Origin: Fibrobacter succinogenes subsp. succinogenes S85
GTDB lineage: Bacteria; Fibrobacterota; Fibrobacteria; Fibrobacterales; Fibrobacteraceae
DNA: 32,000 nucleotides
Direction: 5' to 3'
Assembly (NCBI RefSeq): GCF_000146505.1
Contig: NC_017448.1
Span: forward strand, 600,001-632,000
Position 1 is the stretch's first letter. Every line of letters starts with the position of its first letter. The notes below the pieces were generated by a model. That model was not told the origin of the DNA and ran no database searches. It worked only from the letters and a program-made list of their open reading frames with translations. Shown here one piece after another: positions 24,943 to 32,000 of this stretch. The translations under genes and the position numbers were made by a program.

Positions 24943-26001
24943 ATGTACGTAGAATTAAAAAACATCAACAAGCATTTTGGCAATTTCAAGGCCTCAGACA
25001 ACGTTTCTTTCGGCATCGAAAAAGGCAAACTCATCGGCCTCCTGGGTCCGAGCGGTTCCGGAAAGACGACCATACTCCGCATGATCGCAGGACTTGAAAA
25101 TCCCGATAGCGGAGAAATAATCATCGACGGGAAAGTCATCAACAACGTCCCAGCAAGCAAGCGCGGCATCGGCTTTGTATTCCAAAGTTATGCGCTGTTC
25201 CGCTACATGACCGTTTTCGAAAACATTGCATTTGGCCTTCGCGTGCTCAAGAAATCCGAAAACGAAATCAAGGAACGCGTCGCCGAACTGGTAAAGCTCA
25301 TCGGCCTTGAAGGTCTCGAAAACCGCTACCCGAGCCAACTTTCGGGCGGCCAGCGCCAACGTGTCGCATTTGCACGCGCACTCGCGCCAAATCCACAGTT
25401 ACTTTTGCTTGACGAGCCATTCGCCGCCATCGATGCGAAAGTCCGCCAAGAACTGCGCCACTGGCTCAAGGAGATGATTGCAAAGCTCGGTGTCACAAGT
25501 ATTTTCGTGACTCACGACCAGGACGAAGCCATCGAAGTCGCCGACGAAATCATCATCACAAACAAAGGACGCATCGATCAAATTGGCAAGCCACTAGAAG
25601 TTTACAGCAAGCCCAAAACCGCTTTTGTAGCCTCGTTCTTTGGACAACCAAGCATTTTTAAAGATTACAACAAGTTCCACAGCTTTGACACAATCCCGAA
25701 TGTTGACCAAGCGATAGTCCGCCCTGAATTTGTCAAAGTCACCAAGAAAAACGAAGTTCAAAAATTCAAGAATTCTGCCGAAGAAGGTGTCGTGACAGAC
25801 GTCGCATTCCGCGGGAGTGGCATCGAAATCACAGTACTCGTCAACGGAGAAACTCTTACCGCGCGCCGCTCTTTCGACGAGCCTAGTATTTCCGTCGGCG
25901 AAAAAGTCGATGTATTCATTTACCGTCTCTTTGTGACCGTAGGCAACTACGCGTTCTTACTCGAAAACAAATCTATTCGCGAACCAATCGTCGTCATTTA
26001 G
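24943..26001 (+). CDS. cysA: Sulfate ABC transporter ATP-binding protein CysA
   Basis: Walker A GPSGSGKTT, signature LSGGQRQR, Walker B LLLLDEPF. A C-terminal regulatory (TOBE-like) domain is present. TAGGAG lies upstream. Confidence 0.93.
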   Translation: MYVELKNINKHFGNFKASDNVSFGIEKGKLIGLLGPSGSGKTTILRMIAGLENPDSGEIIIDGKVINNVPASKRGIGFVFQSYALFRYMTVFENIAFGLRVLKKSENEIKERVAELVKLIGLEGLENRYPSQLSGGQRQRVAFARALAPNPQLLLLDEPFAAIDAKVRQELRHWLKEMIAKLGVTSIFVTHDQDEAIEVADEIIITNKGRIDQIGKPLEVYSKPKTAFVASFFGQPSIFKDYNKFHSFDTIPNVDQAIVRPEFVKVTKKNEVQKFKNSAEEGVVTDVAFRGSGIEITVLVNGETLTARRSFDEPSISVGEKVDVFIYRLFVTVGNYAFLLENKSIREPIVVI

Positions 26002-26027
26002 CAATCCAAAACAACCAAAAACACAAG

Positions 26028-26056
26028 ACGCTCCGAATTTTTTCGGAGCGTTTTTC
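26028..26056 (+). terminator. Intrinsic terminator after cysA
   Basis: ACGCTCCGAA - TTTT - TTCGGAGCGT (10 bp, perfect) followed by TTTTTC. Confidence 0.75.
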
Positions 26057-26149
26057 TGTCATTTTTAATCATACTTTTTTCTGCTTTTTTTTAAATTCCC
26101 TTGATTATGTAGAAAAAAGAAATATCTTTTGGCATCAGGAATATCAGCT

Positions 26150-26425
26150 ATGAAGAATTTTTTGGTGTCAACAAAAGACAGAATTGTAAAAAAATTACAA
26201 AGTTTCTCGTTCAGAACAGGTATAATCGTTTTACTGCTCTGCATTCCCTTTTACATATTGTCATTTGCGCAAATGACACTCCCCATTTCAGCAGAAGCCA
26301 AGGGCGTGTTATGGGTTGTACTTTTTGGACTTGCCAAGACTTTTCAGTACAGCGGGCTTTCCATTTTGGGCGTTGAAGGCGTAAAAAGGCTCAAGAATTT
26401 TTTCAAGAAAAAGTCCGCCGCCTAA
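26150..26425 (+). CDS. Small two-TM membrane protein, function unknown
   Basis: ATG 26150 is preferred over TTG 26129. There are two hydrophobic helices (GIIVLLLCIPFYILSF and GVLWVVLFGLA) and a basic C-terminus. Confidence 0.45.
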   Translation: MKNFLVSTKDRIVKKLQSFSFRTGIIVLLLCIPFYILSFAQMTLPISAEAKGVLWVVLFGLAKTFQYSGLSILGVEGVKRLKNFFKKKSAA

Positions 26426-26440
26426 ATCACGGCGTAAAAA

Positions 26441-27004
26441 TCACGGCCTGAAAGTCTTCAGCGCAGCAATCGTGCGGGAGATGAGGTCATTTAATTCCCA
26501 GCCAAGGATATTTGCGCCGCGTTCAATGACTTCGCGAGAGCAGCCTGCCGCAAATTTCGGGGACTTGTACTTTTTCAAGACGGATTTCAGTTCCAAATCC
26601 TGCACGCTTTTGGACGGGCGCATCAAAACGACCGCACCAATCAAGCCCGTGAGTTCGTCAACGGCATAAAGCACTTTTTCCATTTCATGTTCTGGCTTGA
26701 CATCAACTGTTATACTCCAGCCGTGGCTCGTCGTCGCATGAATCAGCTCTTCGGAGAGACCCGCCTCTTGCATCAATTCACGTTCCTTGATGCAATGCTG
26801 TTCCGGCCACAATTCAAAATCAAGGTCGTGCAAGAGACCGACAATTCCCCAGAATTCTTCGTCTTCGCCGTAACCTAGTTCACGAGCAAAGTAACGCATC
26901 GTATTTTCTACGATTTCGCCATGTTCAAGGTGGAACGGATCCTTATTGTATTTCTTAAGGAGTTCAAGCGCTCCTTCGCGTGTAATATTTGCTGATAATG
27001 CCAT
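26441..27004 (-). CDS. HD-domain phosphohydrolase family protein
   Basis: The start is moved to ATG 27004 (MALSANITREGALELLKKY...). The His...HD signature is HLEHGEIV...GLLHDLDFE. Confidence 0.65.
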   Translation of the reverse strand: MALSANITREGALELLKKYNKDPFHLEHGEIVENTMRYFARELGYGEDEEFWGIVGLLHDLDFELWPEQHCIKERELMQEAGLSEELIHATTSHGWSITVDVKPEHEMEKVLYAVDELTGLIGAVVLMRPSKSVQDLELKSVLKKYKSPKFAAGCSREVIERGANILGWELNDLISRTIAALKTFRP

Positions 27005-27143
27005 GGCTCGAAATATAAGAATTTTATGGGGATGATTGACAGCATTCGTCCACGGATTTTTGCGCGTCACTACGCAATATGCGACGAGTTATAAGTTTTT
27101 CTAATTGCTGATAATTGCTTATTTTGATAGACAAGAAATAACT

Positions 27144-27211
27144 GGATTCCTCACTACGTTCGGAATGACGTAGAAGACGATTTTCGTCATCCTGAACAAC
27201 GTGAAGGATCC
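27144..27211. repeat. Inverted pair of REP-like units forming a long imperfect hairpin
   Basis: GGATTCCTCACTACGTTCGGAATGAC (27144-27169) and GTCATCCTGAACAACGTGAAGGATCC (27186-27211) are separated by 16 nt. ATGACG/CGTCAT and the flanking arms are complementary. It belongs to the same family as 531-585. Confidence 0.55.
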
Positions 27212-27270
27212 AGTAAAATCCAGCATTAAACAATACTAATAAATTAATCTTATAACCTACAATATTTATT

Positions 27271-27308
27271 TAGTATTGGACAAGGTAATAGTTGCGTTCT
27301 ATATTTTG
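27271..27308 (+). promoter_or_regulatory. Promoter P4 (sulfur-operon signature) for the metY operon
   Basis: TAGTATTGGACAAGGTAATAGTTGCGTTCTATATTTTG. Confidence 0.6.
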
Positions 27309-27330
27309 GCGCGAAAGAGGAGTTTTTAAT

Positions 27331-28686
27331 ATGACAAAGAATACATCAAAAAAGAAAATTGAATCTGCAAAGAATACCGCTAACGTTACTGATCCGAGCA
27401 AATGGAATTTTGCAACAAAGTGTTTACAGGCAGGATGGAAGCCCAAGATTGGCGAACCACGCGTACTCCCGATTTTCCAGTCCACGACTTACAAGTACGA
27501 AGACGTCGATGAAGTGGAACGCCTCTTTGCACTCAAGCAATCAGGCAACAAATACACCCGCACAGGGAACCCGACCGTAGCGGCATTTGAAAGCAAGATT
27601 ACGGAACTCGAAGGCGGCGTGGGTGCAGTTGCAACCGCATCGGGGCAAGCCGCAGTCCTCCTTGCGATTTCGAACCTCGTGAAAGCAGGCGACCACATTG
27701 TTGCAAGCAAAACCATTTACGGCGGCAGCTACACATTGCTCAGCGTAAGGCTTTCCAAGCTCGGCATTGAAACGACGTTCATCGACCCGGAAGATTCCAT
27801 CGCAGAACTCCGCAAAGCATTCCGCCCCAACACCAAGCTCATTTTCGGCGAAACGATTGGCAATCCCGCCTTGGGCATTTTAGATTTTGAAAAGTTTTCC
27901 AAGCTCGCCAAGGAATTTGACGTTCCGTTCCTCGTTGATAATACACTCGCAACGCCATTCCTCGTGAAGCCTTTAAAACTCGGCGCAAACGTCGTCATCC
28001 ATTCCGCAACAAAGTACATCGACGGCCATGCCGTCGCGCTCGGCGGTGTCGTCATTGACGGTGGCAATTACAACTGGGAAAACGGTAAGTTCCCGGACCT
28101 CGTGGAACCGGACGCACAATATGCGAACACTTCCTATACTCAAAAATTTGGACGTGCCGCATTTATCGCAAAGGCTCGCGCTCAATTCTTGCGCGATTAT
28201 GGCGCCGCATTAAGCCCGTTCAACGCATTCCTTTTGAATTTGGGCCTTGAAACGCTCCATTTGCGAATGCCGCAACACAGCAACAACGCACTCGCATTGG
28301 CTGAATTTTTGTCCAAGCATCCGGCCGTGAATTGGGTCAGCTATCCGGGACTCAAATCTAGCCCATATTTTAAGCGCATCCGCAAATACTTTGATTACCA
28401 AGGCGGCAGCGGTGTGCTCACCTTCGGTCTCAAGGGTGGCAGAGCTGCCATCCGCTCCTTCGTCAAAGCATTGAAAGTTGCCGCCCTCGTCGTTCACGTT
28501 GGCGACGCCCGCACAAGCGTTTTGCACCCGGCAACAAGCACACATTCGCAGCTTTCGCCTAAAGACAGACTCGCCGCAGGCATCCCCGAAGATATGATTC
28601 GCGTATCCGTTGGCATCGAAGACCCGCGCGACATCATCGCTGACTTTGAACAAGCTATTGCAGCAAGCACCAAAGGCGGTAAGTAA
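27331..28686 (+). CDS. metY: O-acetylhomoserine (thiol)-lyase / O-acetylhomoserine sulfhydrylase (PLP-dependent)
   Basis: ATG 27331 with AAAGAGGAG upstream. Cys/Met-metabolism PLP family: YTRTGNPT, the PLP lysine in HSATKYIDGH, and SVGIEDPRDIIADF. There is a Lys-rich N-terminal extension of about 25 aa. Confidence 0.88.
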   Translation: MTKNTSKKKIESAKNTANVTDPSKWNFATKCLQAGWKPKIGEPRVLPIFQSTTYKYEDVDEVERLFALKQSGNKYTRTGNPTVAAFESKITELEGGVGAVATASGQAAVLLAISNLVKAGDHIVASKTIYGGSYTLLSVRLSKLGIETTFIDPEDSIAELRKAFRPNTKLIFGETIGNPALGILDFEKFSKLAKEFDVPFLVDNTLATPFLVKPLKLGANVVIHSATKYIDGHAVALGGVVIDGGNYNWENGKFPDLVEPDAQYANTSYTQKFGRAAFIAKARAQFLRDYGAALSPFNAFLLNLGLETLHLRMPQHSNNALALAEFLSKHPAVNWVSYPGLKSSPYFKRIRKYFDYQGGSGVLTFGLKGGRAAIRSFVKALKVAALVVHVGDARTSVLHPATSTHSQLSPKDRLAAGIPEDMIRVSVGIEDPRDIIADFEQAIAASTKGGK

Positions 28687-29645
28687 TGAGTATCGTTGTA
28701 GATGTCAATAAATACCTTGCATTAAATGGTGCGACAAAGCGCATCAAAGATTACCTCTCTATTGAAGTTGCCGATCACGCCTACCTGCCGAAAACAGAAG
28801 ACATTAAAAGCGACTGGGTCGCCTACATTGCAGCCCCCGCTTTCAAGCTGATTCGCGAAAAATTGGGTCACGACATTGATTCATTCGTTTCCATCGGCAC
28901 AGGCTCCGGCATTGACGTGTTGACCGGCATTGAGCTTTTGGGAGCAAAGCGCGTAGGCTTCACGGATTTGCAAAGAAGCGTTGTCGCCGCCGCTGCACAG
29001 AACGTTCGAAGCAATATCAAAGAGACCTCCAAAATCGAATTTGAATTCGGCAACGGCGACCTTTTGCAACCGCTCCAAAACGGCAAGCGAAATTACGACG
29101 TGATTTACGAGAACCTCCCCAACGTGCCGCTTGCAAGCAATACAAAAATTGAAGACAAGCGCAATAGCGGGCATTACTTGGAAAAACGCGAAGAGGCTAT
29201 TCCCGAATTTGTGCATGAACAAATGCTTGACTTGCATTACTTGGCACTCAAGCAAGCACGCGATTACTTGGCCGAAAACGGAGCCGTCTATTCAACGCTT
29301 GGTGGGCGCGTTCCGCTCAATGCGTTCATCAAGCTTGGCGAACTCGCCGGACTCCGTTCTGAAATTTTCACGTATTCCTGGAAAGTCCAAGCCGAGCCGG
29401 AAGATGTGATTTCGGGATACGCCGCGCAAGAAAAAGCTGGCCTCGGCCCGTTCAGATTCTACCGCGCTGAAGACTTGCAAAAAGCATTCGCAAACATTTC
29501 TGTCAAGGATTCCGGCAAACGGGCTTTTGAAATTGAAAAAACTCTCGATTCCGTAAAGCTTACCGCAACCGCCGCATACGAAGCGTTCAAAAAAGGCGAA
29601 GTCATCGGCCATACCGTCGCCGTGTTAAAATCAAGTTTAAAATAG
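28686..29645 (+). CDS. Class I SAM-dependent methyltransferase, substrate unknown
   Basis: 1-nt overlap with the metY stop. Motif I is SIGTGSGIDVLTG, with an acidic/loop FTDLQ, and a motif IV-like DVIYENLPNVP. Confidence 0.65.
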   Translation: MSIVVDVNKYLALNGATKRIKDYLSIEVADHAYLPKTEDIKSDWVAYIAAPAFKLIREKLGHDIDSFVSIGTGSGIDVLTGIELLGAKRVGFTDLQRSVVAAAAQNVRSNIKETSKIEFEFGNGDLLQPLQNGKRNYDVIYENLPNVPLASNTKIEDKRNSGHYLEKREEAIPEFVHEQMLDLHYLALKQARDYLAENGAVYSTLGGRVPLNAFIKLGELAGLRSEIFTYSWKVQAEPEDVISGYAAQEKAGLGPFRFYRAEDLQKAFANISVKDSGKRAFEIEKTLDSVKLTATAAYEAFKKGEVIGHTVAVLKSSLK

Positions 29646-29652
29646 AGGTTCC

Positions 29653-30255
29653 ATGAAAAATGTTATTCAAAATTTAATTGAAGAATCCCAAAAGTTCCTT
29701 TTCAAGAGAGCCAAAATAGACGACAAAATCGGGCTCGAAGCCGCCAATTTTGCAGTCCGAGACATTCCAAAGCCAATTGGAAAATTTGAAAAAAGCGACT
29801 CGCCGCTAATCCGCTACATTGGAGAAGCCATCAAGCACGGGAACCCTGAAACAGCGGATTTGTTAAAAGCTTTGGAGCCCGCCCTCCCCTATTTGCCGTG
29901 GAAATACAATTACGAGCCGCGCCCCGACATGCCTGATTTGGCCGATCAAATGGGATGGGGAGAAATTCTCGGTCCAGAAGCGCCCTATCACGACGAGCAT
30001 TTTTGTTTCGGTTTTACGCTCCTAGGCAAAAACACCTTTTACCCCTCCCACTTGCACCCCGCCACAGAACTGTACGTCATTTTGTCCGGACACGCCATCT
30101 GGACATTAGACGGGATCTCAAAAGTACGCAGTCCTGGTGAATTTGTACTGCACCCGTCCAATCACATTCACTCCATGCAAACCGAACACGAACCCATGCT
30201 CGCGCTCTACACGTGGAGCGGTAAAGACGTCAAAACGCTTTCAAAATATGTGTAA
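29653..30255 (+). CDS. Cupin protein resembling the DMSP-lyase (DddL/DddQ-type) cupin family
   Basis: GAGG lies upstream. The metal motif is YPSHLHPATELYVILSG, i.e. HxHxxxExY as in DddQ/DddL/DddW-type cupins, plus a second His motif GEFVLHPSNHIHSM. The family assignment is from memory of the motif, not from a search. Confidence 0.55.
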   Translation: MKNVIQNLIEESQKFLFKRAKIDDKIGLEAANFAVRDIPKPIGKFEKSDSPLIRYIGEAIKHGNPETADLLKALEPALPYLPWKYNYEPRPDMPDLADQMGWGEILGPEAPYHDEHFCFGFTLLGKNTFYPSHLHPATELYVILSGHAIWTLDGISKVRSPGEFVLHPSNHIHSMQTEHEPMLALYTWSGKDVKTLSKYV

Positions 30256-30272
30256 AAAAATTACACTTTTTC
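30250..30272 (+). terminator. Weak AT-rich hairpin overlapping the cupin stop codon
   Basis: GTGTAA - AAAAA - TTACAC followed by TTTTTC. Confidence 0.3.
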
Positions 30273-30284
30273 TTAGCGCTAGAT

Positions 30285-30326
30285 ATCAAAATTTTCAATA
30301 ACACTTTTGATAATTTCTTTTTGTAC
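30285..30326. repeat. Copy B of the 42-nt duplicated intergenic element
   Basis: ATCAAAATTTTCAATAACACTTTTGATAATTTCTTTTTGTAC. The arms ATCAAAA and TTTTGAT are perfect inverted repeats separated by 13 nt. It lies about 55 nt upstream of the 30379 ATG. Confidence 0.6.
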
Positions 30327-30378
30327 ATTGCTTTACGAGATGGAGAACAAGTCAAACCCATAACAAAAAGGATACAAC

Positions 30379-30930
30379 ATGTACTCTACTCACTATATGG
30401 ATCTGCTGATGCAGAATTCTCCCTGGAACCTGATTCTCTTCATGGCAATCCCCGTCATTCTCGCAGAGACCATCGCCATCACGGAATTGTTCCTGCTCAA
30501 ATCGCCAAATGCGCACCCGACACTCTCCAAAGTGAATCGCACCGCGGGGATTCTTGCAGGGTTCGCATTCTTTGGAATCATAATCTATTTCATTCCGAAC
30601 GTCATTATACCGCTAGCATCTGCTGGTGAATTCAGAACATGGATTGACGTCGTAGCCATATTCTCTTATATCCTTGCGGGCATTCCGATGATATTGCTTG
30701 CACTTTTGAACTTGAAACTTTTATTCCGCAAAGTTGTTGAGCAGAAAAAAACGACATACGCTATTCTTCTACTCGCCGCATTTCTCGTGCTTTCTCACAT
30801 TGCCATGATCTTCGGGATGGTTGACCCGGGAATTGCAGGCTACAAGCCCAAGGCGAAGGCAGTTTCCGAGGTTCAACCCCCTGCACACCACATGGATTCA
30901 ATGCACGAAGGTCACCACTATCACCATTGA
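30379..30930 (+). CDS. Polytopic membrane protein with a His-rich C-terminal tail
   Basis: 183 aa with about 5 hydrophobic helices. The tail is PPAHHMDSMHEGHHYHH. AAGGA lies upstream. I did not recognise a family. Confidence 0.6.
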   Translation: MYSTHYMDLLMQNSPWNLILFMAIPVILAETIAITELFLLKSPNAHPTLSKVNRTAGILAGFAFFGIIIYFIPNVIIPLASAGEFRTWIDVVAIFSYILAGIPMILLALLNLKLLFRKVVEQKKTTYAILLLAAFLVLSHIAMIFGMVDPGIAGYKPKAKAVSEVQPPAHHMDSMHEGHHYHH

Positions 30931-30973
30931 GCATTCAATTTCTTGAATAACGCCCCTACAAGCCATAGCTTTT

Positions 30974-31010
30974 TTGTATTAGCCAAGCATTAACTTGGCT
31001 TTTATATTTG
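30974..31010 (+). promoter_or_regulatory. Promoter P5 upstream of bioB, overlapping a hairpin
   Basis: TTGTATTAGCCAAGCATTAACTTGGCTTTTATATTTG has the same GTATTAG.CAA - 16 nt - TATATTTG geometry as P1-P4. The spacer contains the hairpin AGCCAAG-CATTAA-CTTGGCT (30981-31000), which could also terminate the upstream gene. Confidence 0.4.
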
Positions 31011-31049
31011 TCACCAAAATTCAACAAGTTCAATGACGGTAGTTTAAGA

Positions 31050-32000
31050 ATGACAATTACAGATTATTTGACGAAAGATTGGGACGAAAGCAAAACCCTT
31101 ACCCGCGAAGAATGTTTGCAAATTTTAAATTTTCCGGATAATCAACTTGACTTGCTAATTGAAGCAGCATTCAAATTACGCACGAAATACAAAGGCAACC
31201 GTGTCAACATCCAGCTTTTGACGAATGTCCGTAGCGGCAACTGCACTCAAAATTGCGCCTATTGCGCCCAATCTCGCGATTCCCAAGCGCCCATTGAAAA
31301 ATACAAAAGCGTTTCGGACGACAAGCTCTACGGCGATAATAATCTTGTTGATGAATTTCACCTGTCTCGGCATTGCATCGGGCTTTCGGGCATGGGTTTC
31401 ACAGACAAAGAAATTGAAGAACTCGCCGAACGCATTGCGCACATGAAGAAATCGGGGACGCACATTTGTTGTTCCATCGGATTCTTGACCGAGCACCAAG
31501 CCCGCATTTTAAAGGCGGCAGGCCTTGACCGCATCAACCACAACCTGAATACGAGCCGCCGTTTTTACCCCGAAATTTGCAGCACCCACACATACGAGCG
31601 ACGCATCCAAAACATTCGCATGTTGCAGAGCATCGGCTTTGAAATATGCTGTGGCGGAATCATTGGCATGGGCGAATCAAAAGAAGACGTGGTCGATATG
31701 CTTTTTGACTTGGTCGCCATCCATCCAGAATCCGTCCCCATAAACTTTTTGTTGCCGGTCAAAGGCACACGCCTCGCCAACCGCGACATTTCCGGGCTCA
31801 CATTCGAATACGGCATCAAAATTCTTTGCCTAGCCCGCTTGTTGCTCCCGAAATCGGACATCCGCTGCGCCGCCGGTCGCGAAATCTATTTCAAAGGACA
31901 CGAAAAGGAACTCTTCAAAGTCGCCGATTCCATTTTCGCTTCGGGTTACCTCACCGAAGGCGGTCAAAGCTTGGAAGCCACATTCCGCCAAATCGAAAAC
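31050..32000 (+). CDS. bioB: Biotin synthase (radical SAM), 3'-truncated by the window edge
   Basis: Open-ended, so absent from the ORF track. ATG 31050, 317 codons without a stop. Radical-SAM motif GNCTQNCAYCAQ, plus INHNLNTS and CCGGIIGMGES as in BioB. Confidence 0.85.
   Translation, partial: MTITDYLTKDWDESKTLTREECLQILNFPDNQLDLLIEAAFKLRTKYKGNRVNIQLLTNVRSGNCTQNCAYCAQSRDSQAPIEKYKSVSDDKLYGDNNLVDEFHLSRHCIGLSGMGFTDKEIEELAERIAHMKKSGTHICCSIGFLTEHQARILKAAGLDRINHNLNTSRRFYPEICSTHTYERRIQNIRMLQSIGFEICCGGIIGMGESKEDVVDMLFDLVAIHPESVPINFLLPVKGTRLANRDISGLTFEYGIKILCLARLLLPKSDIRCAAGREIYFKGHEKELFKVADSIFASGYLTEGGQSLEATFRQIEN

Noticed and set aside
27024-27233. 69-aa minus-strand ORF (..RHSERSEESS..)
   Set aside because: It is a translation of the REP-like inverted repeat in the divergent intergenic region.
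30321-30629. 102-aa ORF overlapping the start of the membrane-protein gene
   Set aside because: It is an alternative frame of the better-supported 30379-30930 gene, whose translation shows TM helices. This one is an Arg/His-rich translation that does not look like a real protein.

Overview
This 32-kb chromosomal segment probably comes from an FCB-group bacterium. Fibrobacter is my guess from the Cas9/repeat type and the GTCATCCTGA-type intergenic repeats, but I cannot verify it here.

Gene content, left to right:
- A partial Ser/Thr-kinase-like gene (-) and a divergent sigma-70-like gene.
- A tryptophan module: a Trp-Trp leader peptide with attenuator, then trpE and a fused trpG-trpD.
- A visibly AT-richer island holding a PD-(D/E)XK (Rpn-like) nuclease gene and a complete type II-C-style CRISPR-Cas9 locus. 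The locus has a minus-strand tracrRNA, a 1512-aa cas9, cas1, cas2, and an array of 33 x 48-nt repeats with 32 spacers.
- A GC-rich, highly structured non-coding segment of about 220 nt.
- A large sulfur-assimilation region: a small siroheme-type sulfite reductase, AprA/AprB-like APS reductase, cysD, cysN with a C-terminal extension, a porin-like OMP, sbp, cysT, cysW and cysA.
- A small membrane protein and an HD-domain protein.
- A metY - methyltransferase - DddL-like cupin operon.
- A His-rich membrane protein and the 5' part of bioB.

Items most worth follow-up:
1. The CRISPR array appears to be transcribed antisense to cas9-cas1-cas2. The terminal repeat has decayed only in its tracr-pairing half.
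2. The unidentified structured RNA candidate next to the array.
3. An extended promoter signature shared by four sulfur transcription units.
4. The metY-methyltransferase-cupin operon, a possible organosulfur/sulfonium module.
5. An assimilatory sulfate pathway built on a dissimilatory-type APS reductase, with no cysC or cysH in the window.

Everything is derived by eye from the sequence and from remembered family motifs. No database search or folding program was run.
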